A DNA stretch of 64,000 bases from an uncultured Gemmatimonadota bacterium (GTDB lineage: Bacteria; JAAXHH01): the NCBI GenBank assembly GCA_951812955.1, contig OX638340.1, positions 1,408,001 through 1,472,000 of the forward strand. The letters run 5' to 3'. The notes beneath the pieces are model-generated. The model was not told the origin of the DNA. It saw only the letters and a program-made list of their open reading frames with translations, and made no database searches. Each line of letters begins with the position of its first letter. Positions within the stretch are counted from its first letter, which is position 1. Below are positions 39,699 to 49,665 of this stretch, piece by piece. Made by a program: the position numbers and the translations under genes.

Positions 39699-40795
39699 CA
39701 GAAGGACCTTCCGATCAGGAATTCTGCCCAGTTGACCAGGTATTCCTTGTAAGTGGAACCGGGAACGTCATCGAGATTCCGAATGGCGTCGGCCACCCGT
39801 CGCTCCATGAGCGACCGGGCGTGTTCGAGGCCGCCATGGGCCAGGATGAGGTCGCGCACCTCCGCGATCTGCTCTTCGGTCGCCCCCGGTTTTCCAACCA
39901 CGTCGAGCAGGAACCGCCTTTCGGCGGCCGAAGCCTTGTGGTACGTATGGACGAGCAGCAGGGTTCGTTTCCCTTCCCTCAAGTCGGAGCACACCGGTTT
40001 GCCCAGGGTGGCCTCGTCGGCCGTGAGACCCAGGATGTCGTCCTGCAGCTGGAAGGCCACGCCGCATTCGCCGGTGAAGGATGAAATCGCCCGAACCATG
40101 GGATGGGTCCGGTCCGGCGTATTCAGGCCGATCATCGCGCCGGCGGCACCCGCGAACGCGTAGAGCGCGCCGGTCTTGCGCCAGAACATATCGATAACGG
40201 ACGCTTCGTCCAGGCTGTCCATGGGCGCCTTGGCATACTGAATATCCAGCGCCTGCCCACCCACGAGGGCCAGGAGCACATCCGTTTCCAGGTAACGGAT
40301 CAGTTCGATTACCATCGCTCCATTGTCCGCGTCCGCATCGTACAGTTCGGACAGGAGAGCGGTGGCCCACCCGTGCTGCACCTCGCCTGTCATGATCCCG
40401 ATGCAAATGCCGTAGTGGGCGGCTTCCCTCTCGTCGAAAGCCTCCGTGGCCAGCGCGCGTCTTCGGAACGCTTCGTGGACGGTGGGCGTGCCGCGCCGCA
40501 ACGTGTCCCGGTCCATGATGTCGTCATGGACGATGGTCCAGGTGTGGAAAAGTTCCACGGCGACCGCAGCGGGCGTTGCGGCATGCTCCTCGCCGCCTAC
40601 AGCGCCGCAGGAGAAATACAGCACGCAGGGACGGAGGACTTTGCCGGATGCTCTCAGGTAGCTGAACACCCCGTCATGGATATCCGCCGGTACGAAGAGT
40701 GCTTTCCGGCGGTCCCGTTCCAGGTATTCTCGCACCCATTCCTTACGCACGGCCAGCGCTTCGAGGAAGCCCTGCTTCCCCGGGGTCTCGGTCAT
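39698..40795 (-). CDS. polyprenyl diphosphate synthase
   Basis: Two Asp-rich motifs (VHDDIMDRD; FQLQDDILG). Confidence 0.8.
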   Translation of the reverse strand: MTETPGKQGFLEALAVRKEWVREYLERDRRKALFVPADIHDGVFSYLRASGKVLRPCVLYFSCGAVGGEEHAATPAAVAVELFHTWTIVHDDIMDRDTLRRGTPTVHEAFRRRALATEAFDEREAAHYGICIGIMTGEVQHGWATALLSELYDADADNGAMVIELIRYLETDVLLALVGGQALDIQYAKAPMDSLDEASVIDMFWRKTGALYAFAGAAGAMIGLNTPDRTHPMVRAISSFTGECGVAFQLQDDILGLTADEATLGKPVCSDLREGKRTLLLVHTYHKASAAERRFLLDVVGKPGATEEQIAEVRDLILAHGGLEHARSLMERRVADAIRNLDDVPGSTYKEYLVNWAEFLIGRSF

Positions 40796-40923
40796 ATGTA
40801 ACACCAGGCTGTGACGGTTCGTCGGCAATTCTCGCGGTGTTGCCGGCATGTGGACCGCGGAGGTACGGTCCCTCGCGAGCGGGACACCCGAACCGGCGGT
40901 AACGCTCCAAGGGACGTCGGAAT

Positions 40924-41190
40924 CTAAAACGACAGATCGTCACCCTGGCTGGCCGGCGGTTCCGGCTCGAGGGGTTCGATGACGAACCGGCCGTTCTCCA
41001 CCCGGACCAGCTTGCGCACGTGCTCGTCCGCCGCATTCAGCTGGCGAGTGCAGATCCGGGAAAGTTCGATGCCCTCCTGGAAAAGAGCGAGTGATTCATC
41101 CAGCGGAAGATCGCCCTGTTCCATGCGTTCAACGATTTGCTCGAGGCGCTTAAGCGCTTCCTCGAAAGTCGGTTTTTCGTGCTCGTTCAT
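40924..41190 (-). CDS. xseB: exodeoxyribonuclease VII small subunit
   Basis: 88 aa helical, XseB-like. Adjacent to xseA. Confidence 0.8.
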   Translation of the reverse strand: MNEHEKPTFEEALKRLEQIVERMEQGDLPLDESLALFQEGIELSRICTRQLNAADEHVRKLVRVENGRFVIEPLEPEPPASQGDDLSF

Positions 41191-41207
41191 TTTAGGTATC
41201 CAAACGG

Positions 41208-42515
41208 TCAGACGGGTTCCTGGTTATCCGGGTCATCGAACAGTCCGAAAGTTGCGGGGGCTTCCTTGCGCCGATTCCCGCGGGCCGCCGCTGCTTGTTC
41301 CGCCCCGCCGCGAAGGTGCTCGACGCGGCAGAATGCCTCGCCCTTGCGCAGCCGCACTTTCACCCGGTCGTCGACGTTGAGTTCATCCGCGCCGCGGACG
41401 ATGCGACCGTCGGACGCTCGCTGGCAGACCGCGTATCCGCGTTCCAGCACCGAGAGGGGACTGAGGGCCTGCAGCCGGCCGGCCAGTCCGCCGACCCGCT
41501 GGACGCGGGTTTCGTGGACGTGGAAGCACCGTTCGGCCAGGCGGCGGGTCAATTCATCGGTGTACTGGGCGTACTGACCGACCTGGTCGACGGGCCGCCT
41601 GAGTCCGTAACTGGAGACTGCCGTGGCGATGCGCTGGCGATACCGGTCGATGTACCCCGTCATGCCCCCGCAGAGACGCCGTAATACGGCATCCGACCGG
41701 TCCTTCAGTTCCCGCATGTCGCGAACGACGATTTCGGCCGCGCCCGAAGGGGTGGGGGCCCGGTGGTCGGCCGCGAAGTCGGCCAGGGTATAGTCCGTTT
41801 CGTGTCCAACCGCGGAAACCACAGGGATTCGGGACCCGAAGACCGCGCGGACCACCGCCTCTTCATTGAATGCCCACAGGTCCTCCACCGACCCGCCTCC
41901 GCGGCCGACGATCAACACGTCCACTTCGCCGTAGTCGTTCATCTCTTCGATGGCGGCCGCGATTTCCGCCGCGGCGCCGTCACCCTGTACGGGCGTCGGA
42001 CGGAGGATGATCGAAACCCACGGCGCGCGTCGGCGCAGGACCTGTATGATGTCCCGGATCGCGGCGCCGGATCCGGAAGTGACTACACCCACGCGCTCCG
42101 GGAAGGACGGCAGCGCTTTTTTGTGTTCCTCCCGGAAAAGGCCCTCTTGCTCGAGCCGGGCCTTTAATCGTTCGAAGGCCGCCTGCAGCGCGCCCGCGCC
42201 GACGGGCTTCAGTTCCCGGGCAATCAGTTGGTATTGCCCCTGCACCTCGTAGACCGAGAGGACGCCCCGGGCCAGGACCTCCATGCCGTCTTCGGGCTCG
42301 AAGGTCAGCCTGCGGTTGGCCGTCCGCCACATGACGCAACGCAACTGGCTGCGTTCGTCCTTCAGCGAGAAGTAGGCATGGCCGGACGAGTGCCGCTTGT
42401 AGTTGGAGATTTCACCGGACACCGACACCAGGGGGAACGCCTCTTCGAGCAGCGTCTTGATCCCGGAGGTCAGTTCGGAAACGGTAAGGATACTGCGATC
42501 GCCGTCAGTCCCCAA
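41208..42515 (-). CDS. xseA: exodeoxyribonuclease VII large subunit
   Basis: OB-fold N-terminus and catalytic domain, XseA-like. Confidence 0.85.
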   Translation of the reverse strand: MGTDGDRSILTVSELTSGIKTLLEEAFPLVSVSGEISNYKRHSSGHAYFSLKDERSQLRCVMWRTANRRLTFEPEDGMEVLARGVLSVYEVQGQYQLIARELKPVGAGALQAAFERLKARLEQEGLFREEHKKALPSFPERVGVVTSGSGAAIRDIIQVLRRRAPWVSIILRPTPVQGDGAAAEIAAAIEEMNDYGEVDVLIVGRGGGSVEDLWAFNEEAVVRAVFGSRIPVVSAVGHETDYTLADFAADHRAPTPSGAAEIVVRDMRELKDRSDAVLRRLCGGMTGYIDRYRQRIATAVSSYGLRRPVDQVGQYAQYTDELTRRLAERCFHVHETRVQRVGGLAGRLQALSPLSVLERGYAVCQRASDGRIVRGADELNVDDRVKVRLRKGEAFCRVEHLRGGAEQAAAARGNRRKEAPATFGLFDDPDNQEPV

Positions 42516-42552
42516 GCCTGGCCTCCCTCTCCTGCCTGTATCGGTGACTCCG

Positions 42553-44130
42553 CTACCGTGCGAATTCGACCGCGCGGGTCTGACGGATGACCGTCACCTT
42601 GATCTGGCCGGGATATTCCATCCTGACCTGGATTTTCCGGGCGATTTCCGTGGCAAGCTGAACCGCACGGAGGTCGTCGACTTCTTCGTGATCGATCATG
42701 ACCCTGACTTCTTTTCCCGCCTTCATGACAAATGCACTGGATACGCCTTCGAAGGAATTCACCAGCCGTTCCATCTCCCGGAGCCGCCGTACGTATTTCT
42801 GCAGCGGTTCCCGCAGCGCGCCGGGTCTTGAAACGGAGAGGGCGTCGGCGGTTCTGACCACCACGGCCATGGGGCTGGCCTCATCCAGGTTCTCGTGGGT
42901 CACGGAGATGCATCCCAGCACTTCGGGCGTTTCGCCGTACTTCTCGGCAACCGATCTACCCAGTTCTCCATGCGCACCTTCCGGACCGCCGTCCACAGCC
43001 TTGCCGATGTCGTGCAGCAGTCCGCAGCGCCGGGCCAGGGTCACGTCCAGGTCCAGCTCCTGCGCCATGAGGCCTGCCAGTTCGGCCACCTCGCGGCTGT
43101 GATGCAGCGCGTTCTGTCCTCCGGTCATGCGGTATTTCAATTGCCCGAGCAGCATGGCCAACTCGGGACGGACACCGGTAACGCCCAGGTCGAAGAGCAC
43201 CTGCTCACCCGTATCCTGGATCAGATCGTTGATCTCCTCCTGGGTCTTCGAAACAACCTGCTCGATGAATCCGGGATGGATTCTTCCATCCTCGATCAGC
43301 TTCTCCATGGACAGCTTTGCGATTTCGCGTCGTATGGGATTGAACCCGGAGAGGACGACGGCATTGGGGGTGTCATCGACGATGACATCGATCCCCGTCG
43401 ACATTTCGAAAGCCTGGATATTGCGTCCGTCGCGCCCGATGATCCGTCCCTTCATTTCATTATCGGGCAGGGATATGACCGACGTCGTCGTTTCCGTCAC
43501 GTGATCCAGCGTGTACTTCTGCATCGCGTGCGTAATGATTTCCCGGGCTTCGATCTCCGCGTTCTGGCGGGCTTCTTCGATGATGCTGCGGGCCTGCTGG
43601 CCGGCTTCGGCGCGTATCCGGGCCTGGATATTGCCGAGTAGCGCCTGCCTCGCTTCTTCAGTCGTCATGCCGGCGGACTGCTCAAGCTGTTCAGTCTGCC
43701 GCTTGATCAGCTGTTCCAGCCGCTCTTCCTCTTCCGAAAGCTTCTCCTCCCGCTCCTGCATCGACTGGAGTTGTTTCTGTATGCCCTGTTCCCGCTTGGC
43801 CACGTAATCGGCCTTGCGTTCTATGTTCTGTTCCCGGATCGCGATCCGTTTTTCGGCCCGTTGGAATTCCTGGCGGGTTGTGTTACTCTCCCGTTCGAAT
43901 TTCGCCTTGGCCTGATACGATTCCTCCTCCATTTCGATCCGGGCCGTGTTTTTTATCGTTTCAGCTTCTTCCACCGCCTCTGCGAGAATGCTCTCTGCCA
44001 AGCGCTCCATACTGTCCGTCTTGCGTTTTTCGACACGCTTTCGAATGTACCATCCGAAGAGAAACATGATCAGGGCGGTGCCGGCGTAGAGACTGATCGT
44101 CACAAGCATAGTGGCAGCCACCTTCTTCAA
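42553..44130 (-). CDS. rny: ribonuclease Y
   Basis: N-terminal TM, coiled coil, KH domain, HD domain (HSREVA...HDIGK). Confidence 0.9.
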   Translation of the reverse strand: MKKVAATMLVTISLYAGTALIMFLFGWYIRKRVEKRKTDSMERLAESILAEAVEEAETIKNTARIEMEEESYQAKAKFERESNTTRQEFQRAEKRIAIREQNIERKADYVAKREQGIQKQLQSMQEREEKLSEEEERLEQLIKRQTEQLEQSAGMTTEEARQALLGNIQARIRAEAGQQARSIIEEARQNAEIEAREIITHAMQKYTLDHVTETTTSVISLPDNEMKGRIIGRDGRNIQAFEMSTGIDVIVDDTPNAVVLSGFNPIRREIAKLSMEKLIEDGRIHPGFIEQVVSKTQEEINDLIQDTGEQVLFDLGVTGVRPELAMLLGQLKYRMTGGQNALHHSREVAELAGLMAQELDLDVTLARRCGLLHDIGKAVDGGPEGAHGELGRSVAEKYGETPEVLGCISVTHENLDEASPMAVVVRTADALSVSRPGALREPLQKYVRRLREMERLVNSFEGVSSAFVMKAGKEVRVMIDHEEVDDLRAVQLATEIARKIQVRMEYPGQIKVTVIRQTRAVEFAR

Positions 44131-44162
44131 ATATTGTATTTAATCCGGACATGGTTCGTTCC

Positions 44163-44513
44163 TCAACAAGATCGGTCGTGGTTTTCCTGCCCGTCGTCCT
44201 GTTCAGGAATCAGGGTCTCCAGCAATTCATCCATGCGCCGGATCAGTTCCGTGATCCGTTCGTTCTGCATGGATTCCGATACGACCTGTTTCGTCTGTTT
44301 CTCACGTTCCTTGTGCAACTCGTCGGCAATCCTGATCGCCGTGAGGACCGCCACGCTGGTGAGGGACTGCATGGTCACGCTGACGGGTACCTCGCGCATA
44401 CGTTCGTCGACATAGGCGGCGATCCGCTGGATGTACTCGGGTTCCTCCTCCGCCTGTATCGGATATTCGGTTCCGCAGATGTTGACTCGAACCGTGGCTT
44501 TTGCGTCATCCAT
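44163..44513 (-). CDS. zapA: cell division protein ZapA
   Basis: VNICGTEYPIQAEEE... ZapA-like. Confidence 0.7.
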   Translation of the reverse strand: MDDAKATVRVNICGTEYPIQAEEEPEYIQRIAAYVDERMREVPVSVTMQSLTSVAVLTAIRIADELHKEREKQTKQVVSESMQNERITELIRRMDELLETLIPEQDDGQENHDRSC

Positions 44514-44600
44514 AGTGGGTTAATCCCAGTGAGCAACCGGCGCCTGACCGCACGCGGTACGAACGCGAATTCCGAGTCCAGTTTCTCCATGGAACTGATC

Positions 44601-44864
44601 TTATTCGATGACGTCGAGACGCGACAGCATGGTGTCTATGCGCGCCTTGATGTCGTCCTGTTTGACGCGCAGCGTCTGGTTTTCCTTTTCCAGTTCATCC
44701 TTCGAGGTAACCGACTGCTCCTGTGCACGCTGCAGTTCCTGAACCTGCGACTCCAGGTTCTGATTCTGGCCGCGGAGCTCTGCGTTTTCGTCCTTCAGCC
44801 GCTGAATCAGGTCGATCATGGTTTCAATCCGGTCCAGCAACAGCTCTATGGATTGTTCTTGCAT
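44601..44864 (-). CDS. ZapB-like coiled-coil cell division protein
   Basis: 87 aa, all coiled coil, adjacent to zapA. Confidence 0.5.
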   Translation of the reverse strand: MQEQSIELLLDRIETMIDLIQRLKDENAELRGQNQNLESQVQELQRAQEQSVTSKDELEKENQTLRVKQDDIKARIDTMLSRLDVIE

Positions 44865-44906
44865 GAATCCCTCCGATAACGTGATATCCCGCGCGCCTCG
44901 ACGGCG

Positions 44907-47327
44907 CTAGGAGCGAAGTTCCGCACGGTACCGGCCCACCAGCCGGCGCAGCACCTTGTCCTGCAGTTTCGTAACTTCGGCATCCGTCAGCGTCCGCTCG
45001 CCCGACCGGAAACGCATTGCGTAGGCCATGCTCTTACAATGGGCCGCAATCTGCTCTCCACGATACACGTCGAACAGTTCTACAGCTTCCAGGAGGTCGC
45101 CGCTACACGCGCGGATTTCTTCCAGTATGTCCCTATGAGAAACCTCTTCGGGCACGACAATAGCCAAGTCTCTTTCGACCGCAGGGTACTTGGCGGGCGC
45201 ATGATAGTTCCTTCGTTCAGACGCCTTGCCAAAGAGTACGCCGCAGTCGATCACCCCCATCCACACGGGCTCTCGTATTTCGTACCGGTCGAGAACCTGG
45301 TACGAAACCGCGCCGAATCGACCGGTCCGCACCCCGTCTGCACGCAGTTCGCCAGTCCGGTCCGCGTCGAACAGAGGGTCGTCATTATCATACGGGACGG
45401 TCTCGACCCTGTCAAGCCCTAACCGTCCGTGCAAAGCTTCCGCCAGCCCCTTCAAATCGAAGAAGTCGAAGGCCTGCGGCGGTCCGTCCCAGTGCGGGTC
45501 GTGACGCTGTCCCGTAACGGCGAAACAAAGTTGTTCGGGTTCGTCGGGAAGACCGCCGTTTTTCGGCCAGTACACCCGGCCTGCCTCGAATATCCGGATG
45601 TCCCGTACTTTGCGATTGGCATTCCAACGCACGACGTTCAACACGACGGCCGCGAGACTCGTGCGCATGGCGGAGAGTTCGGGACTCAGGGGGTTGTCGA
45701 TCATCACGCTGGGACGGGAAGGGTCTATGAGCCGGTTCAGGTCCGGATGCAGGAGACTGTGGGTGATCACTTCCGTGAAGCCGAACCCGGTCATCGTATC
45801 GCGCAGTCGCCGCCGGACGTCCTGGCGGCCGCGGAGGTCCTTCTCTCTTTCCCGGGCTTCCACCGACTCTTCGCGGGGTGGCGCGGAAGCGGCCGGTTCG
45901 ATCCGGTCGTAGCCGTAAAGCCGGGCGACCTCCTCGATCAGATCCACCTCGCGGTGGACATCCCTCCTGAACGACGGCACGCTGACCTCGAGGTCGGTTC
46001 CGGCTGGCCGTACGCCGAATCGGAGCCTGCGCAGGAAGGTGGCGATCTCGTCCAGGTCCAGGCCGGTTCCCAGCAAGCCGTTCACGCGGTCCGGCCGTAA
46101 CCGGATCTCCGGTCCGGGCCCGGCCGGGGTCCGCACGTCGATCATGCCTTCAGCCACCACACCCCCGGCCACCTCGGCAATCATGCCCGCGGCCCTGCCG
46201 ACGGCCTCTCCCTGCAGTTCCGGGTCCATGCCGCGCTCGAACCGCCGGGATGCGTCAGTCTGCAGCTGCAGCGCCTTCGATCCCCGGCGCACCCGGACCG
46301 CGTCGAAGCAGGCGCCTTCCAGAAATACCCGTTCGGTATCTTCGGTTATCTCGGTATTCAGCCCGCCCATGACGCCGCCGACCCCGATGCTCCGCTCATG
46401 GTCGGCGATCATTAACACGTCGGGACCAAGGGTCCGTTCAACGCCGTCAAGGGTGGTGAAGGCCTCCTCCGCCCGCGCGCGGCGGACGACGATACCCTGT
46501 CCGGCCAGCCGATCCAGGTCGTAGGCGTGCAGCGGTTGTCCCAATTCGAGCATGACGTAGTTCGTCACGTCGACTACGTTGCTGATGGACCGGATGCCGG
46601 CGGCTTCAATCCGCCTCTTCAACCAGTCCGGCGAAGGTCCGATCCGGACGCCGGTGATCACGCGGCCCACGAACCTGGGACAGTCGTCCGGCGCGTCGAC
46701 ACGGACGCCGGCGAGCGATTCGACGGGTGGGCCGGAATCCGCGGCGGCGCCCGAAGGAATGCGCGTTTCGCCGCCCGACAGGGCCGTAATCTCCCTGGCC
46801 AGGCCGACCAGGGACAGGCAGTCGGGCCGGTTGGTGCCCACGTCGATGCTCAGCACCGTTTCCGGTCCGCCCAGGACGTCCTTCAGAGGCCGCCCCGGTT
46901 CGGTCGCACCGTCGAGCACCATGATACCGTCGTGGTCGTCGGAGAGGTTCAGTTCGGCCTCGGAGCAGATCATCCCGAAGGACTCCACCCCACGGATCCT
47001 GGCCCTCCTGATCGCCATCCCGTCCGGCAGTGCCGCGCCGACCCGGGCAACCGGCACCATCTGGCCGGCGGCCACGTTCGGCGCCCCGCAGATGATCTGC
47101 AGGGACTCGCCGCCCACGTCCACGGTACATAGGGAGAGCCGGTCGGCGTTGGGATGGCGCTCCAGGCGCTCCACGCGGCCGGCGACAAACCCTTCGAAGT
47201 CGCTTCCGACCGTCTCTACGGCATCGACCTCCAGACCCGTCATGACCAGGCGTTCCACCAGTTCTTCGACGGACCACGGGATGTCGCAGTAAGCGCGCAG
47301 CCAAGAAAGAGGCACTTTAATCACCAT
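44907..47327 (-). CDS. pheT: phenylalanine--tRNA ligase beta subunit
   Basis: 806 aa. tRNA-binding, B3/B4, B5, catalytic-like and FDX-ACB domains recognisable. Confidence 0.9.
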   Translation of the reverse strand: MVIKVPLSWLRAYCDIPWSVEELVERLVMTGLEVDAVETVGSDFEGFVAGRVERLERHPNADRLSLCTVDVGGESLQIICGAPNVAAGQMVPVARVGAALPDGMAIRRARIRGVESFGMICSEAELNLSDDHDGIMVLDGATEPGRPLKDVLGGPETVLSIDVGTNRPDCLSLVGLAREITALSGGETRIPSGAAADSGPPVESLAGVRVDAPDDCPRFVGRVITGVRIGPSPDWLKRRIEAAGIRSISNVVDVTNYVMLELGQPLHAYDLDRLAGQGIVVRRARAEEAFTTLDGVERTLGPDVLMIADHERSIGVGGVMGGLNTEITEDTERVFLEGACFDAVRVRRGSKALQLQTDASRRFERGMDPELQGEAVGRAAGMIAEVAGGVVAEGMIDVRTPAGPGPEIRLRPDRVNGLLGTGLDLDEIATFLRRLRFGVRPAGTDLEVSVPSFRRDVHREVDLIEEVARLYGYDRIEPAASAPPREESVEAREREKDLRGRQDVRRRLRDTMTGFGFTEVITHSLLHPDLNRLIDPSRPSVMIDNPLSPELSAMRTSLAAVVLNVVRWNANRKVRDIRIFEAGRVYWPKNGGLPDEPEQLCFAVTGQRHDPHWDGPPQAFDFFDLKGLAEALHGRLGLDRVETVPYDNDDPLFDADRTGELRADGVRTGRFGAVSYQVLDRYEIREPVWMGVIDCGVLFGKASERRNYHAPAKYPAVERDLAIVVPEEVSHRDILEEIRACSGDLLEAVELFDVYRGEQIAAHCKSMAYAMRFRSGERTLTDAEVTKLQDKVLRRLVGRYRAELRS

Positions 47328-47359
47328 GGACGTTCGGCTCCTTCCCGAATGAACCGCCC

Positions 47360-48370
47360 TTAAGGCCGTTCGAGCAGACGCAGGTCGTTCTCCAGGAACA
47401 TGTGGATGCTTTCGATCCCGTACTTGAACATGGCGAGACGGTCAAGTCCCATGCCAAACGCGTAGCCGGTGTACAATTCCGGATCGTAGTCGACGAATCC
47501 GAACACGGCCGGGTCGACCATGCCGGCGCCGGAGATCTCCAGCCACCCCGTGTTCTTGCAGATCCTGCAGCCACCGCCGCCGCACGCGACGCAGGAGAAG
47601 TCATACTGCACGCTGGGTTCGGTGAAGGGGAAAAAATCGGGGAGGAAACGCACTTTGACCTTCCCGCCGAAAAGGCGCTGGGCGAAATAGGTCATGTCGC
47701 CCTTGAGCTGGGCCATCGTGACCCCCTTGTCCACGTACAGGCCCTCGCACTGATGGAAAGTGAAGGCGTGGGTGGCGTCGGGGTTCTCGTTACGGTAGGT
47801 GCGTCCCGGCACGATTACCCGCACCGGGGGCTGCTGCTGTTCCATGACCCGGACCTGCACCGGCGAGGTATGGGTCCGGAGCACGATGTCGCTGCCCAGG
47901 TAGAAGGTATCCTGCATATCGCGGGCCGGGTGATCCCGCGGGATGTTCAGCGCTTCGAAGTTGTAGTAGTCCCACTCCACCTCGGGGCCATCCACCACCG
48001 AGAAGCCCATGTCGCGGAAGATCTCGGACACTTCCTCCCGGATCAGGGTCAGTGGGTGCTTGCTGCCCAGGGGCGGGCGCCGTCCCGGCAGGGTGACGTC
48101 CAGCGGGCCGGACGCGGATTCCCGTCCCGTTTCGCACGCCGCCCGGCGCGCCTCCAGCGCTTCGCCGATGGCTTGCTTGGCCTGGTTTACCCGCTGGCCG
48201 ATTCGGGGTCTGTCTTCAGGGGCCGCCTTGCCCACGGACCGCAGGATGCGGGTCAGGTCGCCGTTTTTCCCCATGTACCTGATACGGATGTCTTCCAGGT
48301 CCGACGGGTCGTCGGCGCGTCCGATTTCTTCCAGCGCCCGTGTTTCTATGGCTTCTGCTTCCTGTAGCAT
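47360..48370 (-). CDS. pheS: phenylalanine--tRNA ligase alpha subunit
   Basis: Class II aaRS motifs. Start taken at MLQEAEAIE. Confidence 0.9.
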   Translation of the reverse strand: MLQEAEAIETRALEEIGRADDPSDLEDIRIRYMGKNGDLTRILRSVGKAAPEDRPRIGQRVNQAKQAIGEALEARRAACETGRESASGPLDVTLPGRRPPLGSKHPLTLIREEVSEIFRDMGFSVVDGPEVEWDYYNFEALNIPRDHPARDMQDTFYLGSDIVLRTHTSPVQVRVMEQQQPPVRVIVPGRTYRNENPDATHAFTFHQCEGLYVDKGVTMAQLKGDMTYFAQRLFGGKVKVRFLPDFFPFTEPSVQYDFSCVACGGGGCRICKNTGWLEISGAGMVDPAVFGFVDYDPELYTGYAFGMGLDRLAMFKYGIESIHMFLENDLRLLERP

Positions 48371-48517
48371 GGATGGTCCGGTACGGTCCTTCATCGGAAA
48401 GGAAGACGCGGCGGCAAGCCTGGACGCACCACACCCGGCGGCGAACATTCCCGATCTCCGTCGCCCGGGATCTTCAGACGGGACGGCAGGCCGTTCCGCG
48501 GTCTTCCGTGGTAATCG

Positions 48518-48874
48518 TCAGGAATTCTGCGCTTTGGCCGCGTCCGCTACCACGGTAAAGGCGGGGGGATCGTTGACGGCGAGTTCGGCAAGGAGTTTCC
48601 GGTCGATTTCGATCTGGGCCAGCTTCAAACCGTGTATGAGTTGGCCGTACGTAAGGCCGTTGAGCCTTGCCGCCGCGTTGATCCTGGTGATCCACAGCCG
48701 GCGGAAATCACGCTTGCGCCGGCGACGATCGCGGTACGCGTAGGCCAGGCCCCGGTTGACGGCTTCGCGGGCCGTCCTGTAAAGCCGGTTGCGCCGGCCC
48801 CAGTATCCCCTGGCCAGCTTGATGGTTTTCTTGCGCCGCCTGTGCGAGGCGGCGGCGTTGGTTGCACGTGGCAT
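48518..48874 (-). CDS. rplT: 50S ribosomal protein L20
   Basis: [28 protein letters not shown]... L20 signature. Confidence 0.9.
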   Translation of the reverse strand: MPRATNAAASHRRRKKTIKLARGYWGRRNRLYRTAREAVNRGLAYAYRDRRRRKRDFRRLWITRINAAARLNGLTYGQLIHGLKLAQIEIDRKLLAELAVNDPPAFTVVADAAKAQNS

Positions 48875-48910
48875 GGTTCGTTCCTTCTCTGGTTCGGCGT
48901 CCCTCGCCGG

Positions 48911-49111
48911 TTAGTTCGGCATCATCCGCTTGAGGCGCGGCGTGTCGGCCTTGCTGACCATGGCGGTGCCGCGAAGACCTCTCTTGCGCTTTCCGGATTT
49001 GGACAACTTCTGGTGGGTCGCGTGGGAATGGCTGCGTTTGAACTTGCCGGAGGCGACCCGCTTGAATCGTTTCGCCGCCGCTTTCAACGTCTTGATTTTC
49101 GGCATGATCAA
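48911..49111 (-). CDS. rpmI: 50S ribosomal protein L35
   Basis: [24 protein letters not shown]... Confidence 0.9.
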   Translation of the reverse strand: MIMPKIKTLKAAAKRFKRVASGKFKRSHSHATHQKLSKSGKRKRGLRGTAMVSKADTPRLKRMMPN

Positions 49112-49121
49112 CTCCCGGAAT

Positions 49122-49634
49122 TTACCTGGGTATGAGGACCAGCGACATGCTGCGTCCTTCCAGTCTGGGCCGCTGTTCGATGGAGCTTACGTCCTCCAGC
49201 ATTTTCGCCATGTTCTCCAGCTTGCGCTGGCCCAATTCAATGTGGGTCATCTCACGGCCCCAGAACCGCACTGACACCTTGACCTTATTACCGTGCTGCA
49301 GAAATTCGCGGGCCTGGTTGGCCCGATACTCCAGGTCGTGTTCACTGATCTTGGGCGTTTTGAAGCGGATTTCCTTCAGCTGCGTCACGTGCTGTTTCTT
49401 GCGCGATTCCTTAACCCGCTTGCTCTGCTCGTACTTGTACTTGCCAAAGTCCATGATCTTGCAAACGGGCGGGCGGGCGTCGGGCGATACTTCCACGAGG
49501 TCGAGATCGGCGCCGGACGCAAGCTGTAGGGCCTCCCCGGTTTCCATGATGCCTACCTGCTCGCCCTCTGCGCTGATCACCCGCACCTGGGGCACGCGTA
49601 TCATTCCGTTGACTCTGACGGTTCTCTTTTGAAT
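49122..49634 (-). CDS. infC: translation initiation factor IF-3, ATT start codon
   Basis: IF3 N/C domains align to E. coli IF3 from [13 protein letters not shown] codon at 49634-49632 preceded by GGGAGGA SD 5 nt upstream. No in-frame ATG/GTG at the expected N-terminus. Confidence 0.8.
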   Translation of the reverse strand: MQKRTVRVNGMIRVPQVRVISAEGEQVGIMETGEALQLASGADLDLVEVSPDARPPVCKIMDFGKYKYEQSKRVKESRKKQHVTQLKEIRFKTPKISEHDLEYRANQAREFLQHGNKVKVSVRFWGREMTHIELGQRKLENMAKMLEDVSSIEQRPRLEGRSMSLVLIPR

Positions 49635-49665
49635 GGCTGTCCTCCCGGATCCTTGTGCTTTCGAT

